Assembly (NCBI GenBank): GCA_039815375.1 | Contig: JBCBZJ010000028.1 | Coordinates: 1-34,292 of the forward strand | Direction of reading: 5' to 3' | Length of the DNA stretch: 34,292 bases | From: Verrucomicrobiota bacterium | Lineage (GTDB): Bacteria > Verrucomicrobiota > Verrucomicrobiia > Opitutales > Coraliomargaritaceae | Part shown: piece by piece, positions 26,785 to 34,292 of the stretch | Layout of the letters: each line of letters begins with the position of its first letter | Numbering within the stretch: the stretch's first letter is position 1 | Translations under genes and position numbers: made by a program | Notes under the pieces: model-generated | Database searches by the model: none | Seen by the model: only the letters and a program-made list of their open reading frames with translations | Told to the model about the DNA's origin: nothing

Positions 26785-27312
26785 ATGGAAATTAATCCAG
26801 ACCTAGTCAACGAGCAAACACAGCTACTTGCTGATCGACTCTCCGAGCATATTGAAGAGAACCCTACATTTTATCGAGAAAACCCCGATCTGGAATCAGA
26901 AATAAATTCCGCTGCTGAGAATATATTCTATCTTGCTTCGACGACATACGCATTATTCGAAGTGCTTTCAGAAGCAAAAGGAATGCTGATTGAGCTGTCT
27001 CCGTCCGATTTGTTGGAAAACCCTGATGTCATCGATTGGCTGGATAAAACAGCTCAAGCTCTCAGTAATATCACAGGTGAATATAAAGGCGTATTCGAAA
27101 TTCACACTCCATTCATATCGGGGGACAGTGAAAATATATGGTCTGAGGATGGAAGGCCTCTGACGTTTCCATCCGAAGAGGCAGCCCAAGCAGCGATTGA
27201 CGAGTACATTCAAGATCGCCGTGAGGCAATGAAGGCAGGCTATCTGGTTCATGAAGTCGAAGACGAAGAACTTCAAATCTACAACAGCTTGCTAGGCACA
27301 TACATCAACTAG
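26785..27312 (+). CDS. Highly acidic hypothetical protein
   Basis: AAGGA RBS; 175 aa, E/D rich. Confidence 0.75.
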   Translation: MEINPDLVNEQTQLLADRLSEHIEENPTFYRENPDLESEINSAAENIFYLASTTYALFEVLSEAKGMLIELSPSDLLENPDVIDWLDKTAQALSNITGEYKGVFEIHTPFISGDSENIWSEDGRPLTFPSEEAAQAAIDEYIQDRREAMKAGYLVHEVEDEELQIYNSLLGTYIN

Positions 27313-27333
27313 ATCAAAAAAGGAGAAAAATAA

Positions 27334-27687
27334 ATGGCACACCCCTATCACCACGCGGAATCGTCCGCGCGTCTTTTTGGCGGCAAACCAGAAGACTATT
27401 TGAAAATTCATAATTGGTTCGATGCGACCAAGGAAAGTTTCTGCGACTTCCGTCATCGGGCATTGCGACACCACGCTGAAGGCATTTTTGAGTGCGAACG
27501 CATTTTCGGCACAACCCTTTCAACAAGTGATGGAAGGATTGTTCCGGTTCGCTTCGTTGGCGAGCAACACGTCATGGAAGACTGTGGACGCATTCCAAGT
27601 GCCGCCGATTGGCTCTCTTGCATTCAGCCAGAACCATGGATGGCACGCTCAACTGAAGTTGGCGCTAAGTCAAGGAGGGCAAAATAA
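27334..27687 (+). CDS. DUF6915-like His-rich protein
   Basis: MAHPYHHA.SS...GG...DY..IH.WFD.TK....DFRHRALRHHAEGIF...VPVR..GEQHV.ED. Confidence 0.8.
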   Translation: MAHPYHHAESSARLFGGKPEDYLKIHNWFDATKESFCDFRHRALRHHAEGIFECERIFGTTLSTSDGRIVPVRFVGEQHVMEDCGRIPSAADWLSCIQPEPWMARSTEVGAKSRRAK

Positions 27688-28145
27688 TGGATCAACAAAT
27701 CGAAAAACGCTCTAATGGTAGAGCCGATCATCATCAGATGGATACGTTACGCCGTTTGCTTCCAATTTTGAGAAAACATGAAATCAACATGATCAATGTC
27801 AGCTTTGATGGCTGCGGCGACAGTGGGTCGATTGATCGGATTTCTTTTGACCCAGCAGAGGCCGATGACATTCAAAACGCTAAGATCAGCTATCTAAAAT
27901 CTCAAAGCCAATTTGAAGATGGGACATGGCTCCATACGACCAGTGAAGTGGAAGGTAGAGTCGAGGAAGCAATCGAAGAACTAACCTATGACTATCTCGA
28001 AGAAACTGGAGTTGACTGGTATAACGATGACGGCGGCTTTGGTGAACTCGTTATTGATGTTCGCAAAGGCATTGTTGAGTATTACGTTAATACTCGCTAC
28101 ACCGTTCACGAAGTTGCGTTCAGCCACGAACTGACCATCGAATAA
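27687..28145 (+). CDS. DUF6878-like protein
   Basis: V.FDG.GDSG.I and W...DGG.G motifs; TAATG coupling to the DUF6915-like gene. Confidence 0.75.
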   Translation: MDQQIEKRSNGRADHHQMDTLRRLLPILRKHEINMINVSFDGCGDSGSIDRISFDPAEADDIQNAKISYLKSQSQFEDGTWLHTTSEVEGRVEEAIEELTYDYLEETGVDWYNDDGGFGELVIDVRKGIVEYYVNTRYTVHEVAFSHELTIE

Positions 28146-28153
28146 TTTTACTC

Positions 28154-28183
28154 AAAGAGCTTCCGGTTTTCCGGAGGCTCTTT
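28154..28183 (+). terminator. Terminator-like hairpin
   Basis: AAAGAGCTTCCGG-TTTT-CCGGAGGCTCTTT just after the 28145 stop. Confidence 0.7.
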
Positions 28184-28207
28184 CTGTTTGAAAGGAAGGT
28201 ATATCCC

Positions 28208-28792
28208 ATGGGAAATAATTGGGGCGATCTACATCGGAGATTATGCAGCCACGGTATTCACGAGCAGTCTGCGCGTCTTCTGCTGAATAAGCATGATCCA
28301 AATTATATTGAGGGTAAGATCGATGTGCTGGAATTTGTGATGGCAGACAGTCCGGGCAGGATATCCAGTACTGGCGGATTTCTATTTAAGAGTATCGAGC
28401 ACGATTACCTGCCACCGGAGAACTACAAATCACCGGAACAGCGCGCAGCCGAGCAATGGCGAAAAGAGGCATTCATTGCCAAACGTAGGAAGGAGCAACA
28501 AATAGAATTAGCCGCAGAAAATGCTCGCTGGCTCAGAAAATCGCAGGAGAAACTGGAACACTCCATCGCCGCTGAACTTGCTTTACAGATGAACGCGAAG
28601 ACCGAGGAACTCTTACATCAGTTTATCAATGATCAGCGTGATCCCCTTCTTCGTACCTGCGATGGATATGATCTGCGTGCATCGACTATTGAAAGTAAAC
28701 CTCGTGATTATGCAGCAGGAACATTCTTCAATCTGCTCAGGGTTCAGTTCTTCAAAGAAATCTGCCCCGAAGCATTCAGCGATCCGGCTTAG
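28208..28792 (+). CDS. Hypothetical protein resembling the C-terminal part of a replication initiator
   Basis: L...GI....A..L and I....GFL.KSIE.DY..P pattern; AAGGAAGG RBS. Confidence 0.55.
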   Translation: MGNNWGDLHRRLCSHGIHEQSARLLLNKHDPNYIEGKIDVLEFVMADSPGRISSTGGFLFKSIEHDYLPPENYKSPEQRAAEQWRKEAFIAKRRKEQQIELAAENARWLRKSQEKLEHSIAAELALQMNAKTEELLHQFINDQRDPLLRTCDGYDLRASTIESKPRDYAAGTFFNLLRVQFFKEICPEAFSDPA

Positions 28793-29044
28793 TGATAGTG
28801 TGTTTGCCAGGGGTGCTGCCCCAAGCGCCGATCAAGTGAAGCTAAAGACATGATCTACGCCAGGAGTGAGCTCGTAGAAAGTAATTTCTGTGGCCTCAAT
28901 GTTTGGGAACCAACCACAACAGGAAAGTCCGTAAAAATGGACGGAGTTATTCAGGAAATCGCAGAAGAATTTAGCAGGTAAAGCTGGACTAATTCCTAAG
29001 CTACAGTCTCCGCGCGGGATTTTCCAGAGATCAGGTCGGAAAAA

Positions 29045-29082
29045 TCCCAAGACACAATACCCCAAGCCCTCACGGGCTTGGG
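29045..29082 (-). other. Candidate MOBF oriT (nic near 29050-29052 on the minus strand)
   Basis: The minus strand reads CCCAAGCCC-GTGA-GGGCTTGGG-GTATTGTGTCT. This matches the layout of the R388 nic region (GNRA-loop hairpin followed by TATTGTCT), recalled from memory. Confidence 0.55.
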
Positions 29083-29105
29083 AAAAAGGAAGCATGCTAT
29101 CGATT

Positions 29106-29165
29106 TGACCTATGCTTGGCCTAATCACGGCCTACCGACGGCCAGAATCTGACCTATGCTTGGCC
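29106..29165 (+). repeat. 16-bp exact direct repeat, two copies
   Basis: TGACCTATGCTTGGCC at 29106-29121 and 29150-29165 (44-bp period). Confidence 0.85.
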
Positions 29166-29211
29166 AGTAAAATACCCGGATATTTTTGTTCACTTCCGCG
29201 CATATAAGAGC

Positions 29212-29523
29212 ATGCGACGATCTTTTGAAGCCCACATCCATCCCAACTGCAGCCAGCTCGAAAAATGGCGTTATGAAATCGCTGAAATGCGTGCCCAAAA
29301 CTGGCCCTATAGAAAAATTTTAGCATGGCTTGCCAGCGAAGAGAGCACTACAGTTGGAAGGGAAACATTGAGGCAGTTCTGTCTCGTTCGGGGTATCACA
29401 AAAGGCAAACCTAAGCAACGGCCTTTGCCAACACCACTTAAACCGAAGAAACACCGGAATCCGAAAAAAACACCCGTGTTTGAGTATACCGACGACGGCC
29501 CAATCGAATTGGAAGACCACTGA
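29212..29523 (+). CDS. Small basic HTH-like protein
   Basis: S.LE..R.EI..MR...WPYR.I..WL......V...TL..F pattern. Confidence 0.65.
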   Translation: MRRSFEAHIHPNCSQLEKWRYEIAEMRAQNWPYRKILAWLASEESTTVGRETLRQFCLVRGITKGKPKQRPLPTPLKPKKHRNPKKTPVFEYTDDGPIELEDH

Positions 29524-29590
29524 TATTTTTCGGATAACCCAAGGCTTAAAGGCGCATTCAGTTATAGGCACATCAAATAACTGAATACCT

Positions 29591-30328
29591 ATGAAATCAT
29601 CAAAACGCATTATCTTCACTCAGGGCGGCAAAGGGGGTGTCGGCAAAACCGATTTAATATTATCCCTCATCCCATGGGTTCGTATTCAAGGATACGAGCC
29701 AGCCTTGCTAGACTTTGATATTGAAAACACCAACAAGTCGGGCCTCCAGAACTTCTATCCTGAGGCCAAGAAATATGATGTTCACAAGGAAGGCGCGTTG
29801 GACAGGTTTCTCGACATCTGCGATCAAAATGACACTTCCATCATTATCGCGGATCTAGGATCGGGCGCAGGAACCGCTGCCTATCAGTGGTTTGAAGACA
29901 TCTATGAAGATGTCGAAGCACTCGGCATTTCATTCACATCAATCGGTGTCACGACAAACGAAGCTGGTGCTATCCAGTCCATCCTCAAATGGGCGCACCA
30001 TTTAAAAGACAAAGTAGATTACCTGATTGTCCTAAATGAACTACGCGAGCCAGGCAGCAAGTTTGAATACTGGTATAAGACACCCGCAGTAAAAGAGTTC
30101 ACTCAAGCATTATCTCCTGAATTGATGGTCATGCGCTCTCGCATTCAGGAGCTTCAGGCGGCCTTGCGCAACCGCACGACAACCTTGCAACAAATCATCG
30201 ATGGTGAAGTGGATCGACCATTTTTCCAAAAGACCCGCAACGTAGTTCGAGCAAGGTCTTATCAACGCGACCTCTTTGAAGGCTTTGATAATGCTGCCTC
30301 AATCCTTCTACCAACAGTTTCCAAATGA
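29591..30328 (+). CDS. ParA/MinD-family P-loop ATPase
   Basis: Deviant Walker A GGKGGVGKT, D.D..N and Walker B IIADLG. Confidence 0.88.
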   Translation: MKSSKRIIFTQGGKGGVGKTDLILSLIPWVRIQGYEPALLDFDIENTNKSGLQNFYPEAKKYDVHKEGALDRFLDICDQNDTSIIIADLGSGAGTAAYQWFEDIYEDVEALGISFTSIGVTTNEAGAIQSILKWAHHLKDKVDYLIVLNELREPGSKFEYWYKTPAVKEFTQALSPELMVMRSRIQELQAALRNRTTTLQQIIDGEVDRPFFQKTRNVVRARSYQRDLFEGFDNAASILLPTVSK

Positions 30329-30774
30329 GTGCGATAAACACTTTGCAACAAGTCGCTGAAATGCTTCCAGACGATTGTCGGGAGCGTTTTTTGCTGATGT
30401 GCACCCGCTTCCAGAATGTTCCTGAGGACGATGAATATCTCATCATTCTGGAAGCCATTGGTCTAATGACCTTACTCTGGAAGGAGGTTCCCCTACAAAT
30501 AGAACAGGTGTTAGAAAAGGCCGCCCCCATTGGCAGCAATCACCAGCATCTCGAGTTATTCATCCAGCAGGCAGTCCAAGCATCCATCCCGAGCTTCGAT
30601 GATCTAAAACGTATGGCTGAGCGCTTTGAAAACTATGAAGCTACGATTAAACGTATCGCACGGGACAAAACAGCTCCCGAGCGACATAGCCCAACTAGTA
30701 GAAACTGGCTGTGGTTTACTGCGGGATTCTGTGCGAATTTTCTGTTTGGATATCTCCTCTACCGATTCCTCTAG
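30325..30774 (+). CDS. Hypothetical protein with a C-terminal membrane anchor
   Basis: ATGA overlap with the ATPase gene; hydrophobic C-terminus. Confidence 0.75.
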   Translation: MSAINTLQQVAEMLPDDCRERFLLMCTRFQNVPEDDEYLIILEAIGLMTLLWKEVPLQIEQVLEKAAPIGSNHQHLELFIQQAVQASIPSFDDLKRMAERFENYEATIKRIARDKTAPERHSPTSRNWLWFTAGFCANFLFGYLLYRFL

Positions 30775-30776
30775 CC

Positions 30777-32231
30777 ATGCCCTTTGCGATCCTCTCCTTA
30801 CTCGTAGGAACTTGTTTGGGGCTGCTCTTACCTGCACCATTTAATCTAGTTGTATTCGTCTTTTCCGCCGCTTGCGGCGGGTATTGTGTTTTGCGCAGCA
30901 AAACACGCCGCGTAATTTTACGCTATGGCCGCCTAACATGGACGAAAGAAGAGCTTGCCCGACACTTCCTGATTTCTGGCGATACCGGCTGCGGCAAAAC
31001 AACCAGTGGCTTTCATTCAATCCTGTTCCAGCTGACACAAAGTCTACCGAGCTGGGGAGGACTTGTTTTAGACGCTAAAGGCAATGAATCTGAATTTATC
31101 CGCGAACTCATGCAGCACGCAGGGCGAGAACAGGATCTCATTGAAATCAAAGTGCGCCCCGAGCTGGAATCAAGCAACTGGACACCTCCCCACAGGTTCA
31201 ACTTGGTCAGTGATCGACGCATCCCATGGATGACTCATGCCAAATTTATCATCGATGTAGCCAGCAGCATGACCAGTGGGAAGCAACATGCCTTTTTTAG
31301 ATCCATCTCACAGATTGCCCTTTGCAATGCCTTTGAACTAATTGATGCGCGTGGTTTGCCAGTTACTCTGGCAAGAGCCTATCAGGTCTTAACCTCAAAG
31401 GACACCACGCTCGCCTACATTCAGCCCTTTACAAAAGCAGATGCGACACCTGAACAAAAGAAGCTCGCTCGCTTCTTTCAGACGAATTTCACAGAAGCGC
31501 TGGCCTACGAGCAAAGGGAAGGCATTGTAGCCACAATTACCACCTATCTAGGCTTTTTCATGCAGCCTGACGTCGTCAACGTATTTTGTAGTGATGAACC
31601 CAATACTTTTTCAATCGATGAAATCAGCCGTGGAACTGTCATCACCCTTAGCATGCCGCAAACTCTGGCAACCGAGCGTCGTTACATCCAAACCTACCTA
31701 AAAATGCTTTTCTACATTCATTCTCTCAGGAGACTGGACAAGCCAAAGGCATCTCGCAAAGAGGAGAATATGCTTCTGCTAGTCGCGGATGAGTTTCAAA
31801 GCCTTGTCACGTCCAGCGATGACGGGATTTCAGACTACAATGTGATTGATAAAGTTCGTGAAGCGAATGCGGCCTTGATTGCAGGGATGCAATCGGAACT
31901 GTCGGCTGATCCGGTAATCAATGCCAATAAACGCAAGGTGCTCTCTTTGAATCTTCGCTCACGGCTCATCTTCAGGGCTGCCGATCTAGAAGGTGCGCAA
32001 GCCAGTGCCGATTTTGTTGGTAAACGAACCATCTGGAAGCGCACGCGATCATCCAAACCATTGGGGTCGGTGACGACATCCAGACGCGAAGAACAAGAAT
32101 ACTATGTTACGCCAGAGAAACTACTTAGACTCGGGAATCATACTGCCGTAATCGTTCACCCTTCAAAGCGCTTTCTAAGAAAAAAGATGAAGCCTTTAGA
32201 TGGCACTGGAAAAGTATACCCGTGGCACTAG
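30777..32231 (+). CDS. Type IV coupling protein (VirD4/TraG/TraD family)
   Basis: ATG at 30777, two N-terminal TM helices, H.LISGDTGCGKT, VLDAKG, LVADEFQ and MQS motifs. Confidence 0.9.
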   Translation: MPFAILSLLVGTCLGLLLPAPFNLVVFVFSAACGGYCVLRSKTRRVILRYGRLTWTKEELARHFLISGDTGCGKTTSGFHSILFQLTQSLPSWGGLVLDAKGNESEFIRELMQHAGREQDLIEIKVRPELESSNWTPPHRFNLVSDRRIPWMTHAKFIIDVASSMTSGKQHAFFRSISQIALCNAFELIDARGLPVTLARAYQVLTSKDTTLAYIQPFTKADATPEQKKLARFFQTNFTEALAYEQREGIVATITTYLGFFMQPDVVNVFCSDEPNTFSIDEISRGTVITLSMPQTLATERRYIQTYLKMLFYIHSLRRLDKPKASRKEENMLLLVADEFQSLVTSSDDGISDYNVIDKVREANAALIAGMQSELSADPVINANKRKVLSLNLRSRLIFRAADLEGAQASADFVGKRTIWKRTRSSKPLGSVTTSRREEQEYYVTPEKLLRLGNHTAVIVHPSKRFLRKKMKPLDGTGKVYPWH

Positions 32232-32238
32232 CTCCCCC

Positions 32239-32494
32239 TTTGAAATTCTGACTTGGTGAAAAACGCCGTGTGTCCCTCTGCTATCAGCAAAAGAACATCC
32301 TCTTCATCGGCTCAACAGAAGCAGGCTGTCAAAGATCTGCCATCATCTACTCGATTACAACATTCTGCGAACGCCACGAAATCGACCTGCTCTCGTATAT
32401 GCGTGATGTCCTGGGGCAAGTGGCAGAACTTGGTAAGAACTGTAGCCAAATCGACCACCTCTTGCCTTCCGATTCGTCACCATCTGCATCCTAA
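32239..32494 (+). pseudogene. IS66-family transposase (TnpC) C-terminal remnant, frameshifted
   Basis: FEI / LVKNAVCPSAISK / KNILFIGSTEAG.QRSAIIYSI...C..HEID...Y.RDVL....I..LLP, spread over shifted frames. Confidence 0.85.
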
Positions 32495-32667
32495 ACATCC
32501 GGACCAATCGTCACCTTTGGCTATTCGCCGTGATGATGACTCTCGGACGTTTATTCTCAATTGGCAATCAGCCAGCAAGTTACTCTTCTACTCAACGAAT
32601 ATACAAGAAGCCGACAGGTTGTTGCCGTGTCAGTGCAGAACTCAAAGATTTACGAAATGACCCGTTT

Positions 32668-32730
32668 GGGCATCGGGCATCGGGCATCGGGCATCGGGCA
32701 TCGGGCATCGGGCATCGGGCATCGGGCATC
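32668..32730 (+). repeat. Perfect 7-bp tandem repeat (GGGCATC)x9
   Basis: Nine exact units counted; ends 6 nt before the stop codon of the 32737 gene. Confidence 0.97.
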
Positions 32731-32736
32731 GTATAA

Positions 32737-34062
32737 TCATACGGACGTCAAAGAATTCGAGTTTTTAACAAAGTTTTTAGCCTTCTCGAACGCGTCCCAC
32801 CAATATGCTTTGAAACTCTTTGAATCGACCTTCCAAAAGCCTCCATCAGGGCAAGATATTGGATCGTAGTTGTATACGAAAAGAACATCGTTGATCTTTG
32901 CAAAAATCGGAAAACCACAGGCGATAAAGGTATACGCCTTGTAGTCAAGCCAATCAAAGGTGACTCTTTGCCCCTCTGGCAAACCTGAAAAGAAATCTCC
33001 AGTTGCCTTCACTTTCAAATCTTCAATACTGGTTTTGTCTTCTGGAGTGCGCTCTTCCGTCAATTCGATATAAACGGTTAGTGAGGTTGCCTTCGCGCCC
33101 ACGCCCGTTCTGTTGTCGATTTCAGAAAACTTAAAAAAAAAGGTTCTTAAAAAGTTCTTAAGGTTAGGGATTTTACCTCCTAAAATCTCTATGTTATCAC
33201 CGACTTCATCGCCCAATTCCTGGAATACAGCACTCGAATCCCACACGTTAGCCCTAACCTTTGCCGATAGACTGCTCGATCCAACGACAAAGTCAAAACA
33301 AGGCACCGGCCCTCCCGTTACCGCAAATTTCGTCTTGGATAAAAAGAATTCCGAACACGCTATCATTTCATCGACCCCGATACCAAAGAGAACCCCTCGC
33401 GCGACTCCCGAATCAAACAAATCTCGATAATTATCCATTCGAAGCATCGATCTTTGGATCGGATTAGAGTCACCTTTATCTAGAATAATCTCAGAGTCCA
33501 TATCGATCATAAGACGTCGACCCTCTTCAATATAAGCAGACCCTGCAAAGGCGATATGCGAGCCATTAAGTGGTTCTCTATAAAAAACCCGACCAAACCG
33601 ATCAAAACTCATTGTTCCATTCAAAATAAGTCTTTCAACCCCATTCTCCCCTCTAGCGAAATGACGCGTGTAAAAGATGGCTTCTTTCGCGCTGTCGTCT
33701 AGGAAGAGCTCATTTTCCATCTCCCCCCATTTCCTCGCTATTTTGGATTCTTCGTGGTGAATATTCCTACGACGATCACGCTCGATTTCGATTAAAGCTT
33801 CCCGCAAGGCTCGGAACGTTCCGCTCCTAAAGTTCTTCTCATGATTTTTCTCCAGGTCATAGTATGTTCGGGCTGAGAAACCTCGCCCCAAGCCGAGCCG
33901 TTGACGATGGCGTTTCGCGATTCCAGCAACCGCCTCTATCGAGAGCCCGACCTCTCTACTCTCACGATACGCCTTTAACATCTTCAAGCGCGTAGACCTT
34001 TTTTCTAGCCCCCCTTTATGCACCAAGGCTTCAAACAATTCACTGCACGTCATTCCATCCAT
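32737..34062 (-). CDS. Hypothetical protein, possible N-terminal HTH regulator
   Basis: 441-aa ORF; GLSIEAVA...FSARTYYDLEK resembles an XRE-type HTH. Confidence 0.7.
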   Translation of the reverse strand: MDGMTCSELFEALVHKGGLEKRSTRLKMLKAYRESREVGLSIEAVAGIAKRHRQRLGLGRGFSARTYYDLEKNHEKNFRSGTFRALREALIEIERDRRRNIHHEESKIARKWGEMENELFLDDSAKEAIFYTRHFARGENGVERLILNGTMSFDRFGRVFYREPLNGSHIAFAGSAYIEEGRRLMIDMDSEIILDKGDSNPIQRSMLRMDNYRDLFDSGVARGVLFGIGVDEMIACSEFFLSKTKFAVTGGPVPCFDFVVGSSSLSAKVRANVWDSSAVFQELGDEVGDNIEILGGKIPNLKNFLRTFFFKFSEIDNRTGVGAKATSLTVYIELTEERTPEDKTSIEDLKVKATGDFFSGLPEGQRVTFDWLDYKAYTFIACGFPIFAKINDVLFVYNYDPISCPDGGFWKVDSKSFKAYWWDAFEKAKNFVKNSNSLTSV

Positions 34063-34232
34063 ATATTTAGGGAATACTTTCTCCCGCCCTAGTCAAAATA
34101 AATATTAAATAAATAAATAAATATAAATGAAAAATTTTGACTTTGCATTTCTTCAAATCACAACTTGACATCAATTTTCCTAATCATATCAATTAGATCG
34201 ACCAGAGGAGCTACCTAACCACAGGAGTCAAA

Positions 34233-34292
34233 ATGCGAAAAATATCAGCCATCCCCTCCAGCCAATTCCAAAGCAAAGCAACTCACTGGAAC
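34233..34292 (+). CDS. Partial CDS start (runs off the window edge)
   Basis: AGGAG RBS, then ATG MRKISAIPSSQFQSKATHWN, after an AT-rich divergent promoter region. Confidence 0.45.
   Translation, partial: MRKISAIPSSQFQSKATHWN

Noticed and set aside
32668..32730. CRISPR array, or a coding GIGHRAS repeat protein
   Set aside because: The units are 7 bp with no spacers, and the ORFs across it arise because the repeat contains no stop codons.
33133..33141. Poly-A9 phase-variation tract
   Set aside because: The ORF is intact through it, and A/T runs are common in this AT-rich gene.

Overview
The window is almost entirely accessory or mobile DNA. Motifs in the secreted proteins suggest a Verrucomicrobiota-like host, but that is inference. 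From left to right: (1) A leftward operon of two secreted proteins, a 2081-aa Sec-signal Rhs toxin ending in an SHH-type nuclease, and a small probable immunity gene, followed by a beta-barrel outer-membrane protein. (2) The most striking structure, two convergent 195-aa catalytic-domain-only tyrosine recombinase genes. Each is enclosed by its own pair of inverted 27-bp lox-like sites. All four sites share the 7-bp core TAGGTAA, the arms are recombinase-specific, and each start codon begins at the last base of a site. (3) A prophage-like gene remnant and an Xis-like gene. (4) An attP-like junction (tRNA-Gly 3' end with arm repeats on both sides) and a P4-family integrase. (5) mobC plus a MOBP relaxase, a gene split by one TAG, a helicase-less MOBF relaxase and vapBC. 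(6) A leading-region-like cluster (ArdB/KlcA, methyltransferase-like, ParB-like, DUF6915/DUF6878-like) punctuated by covarying hairpin repeats and pointing at an R388-like oriT. (7) An operon encoding a ParA-like ATPase and a VirD4-like coupling protein, then an IS66 remnant, a 7-bp VNTR and a hypothetical gene. No complete rRNA, tRNA or CRISPR array was seen. Family names come from recalled motifs, not from database searches.
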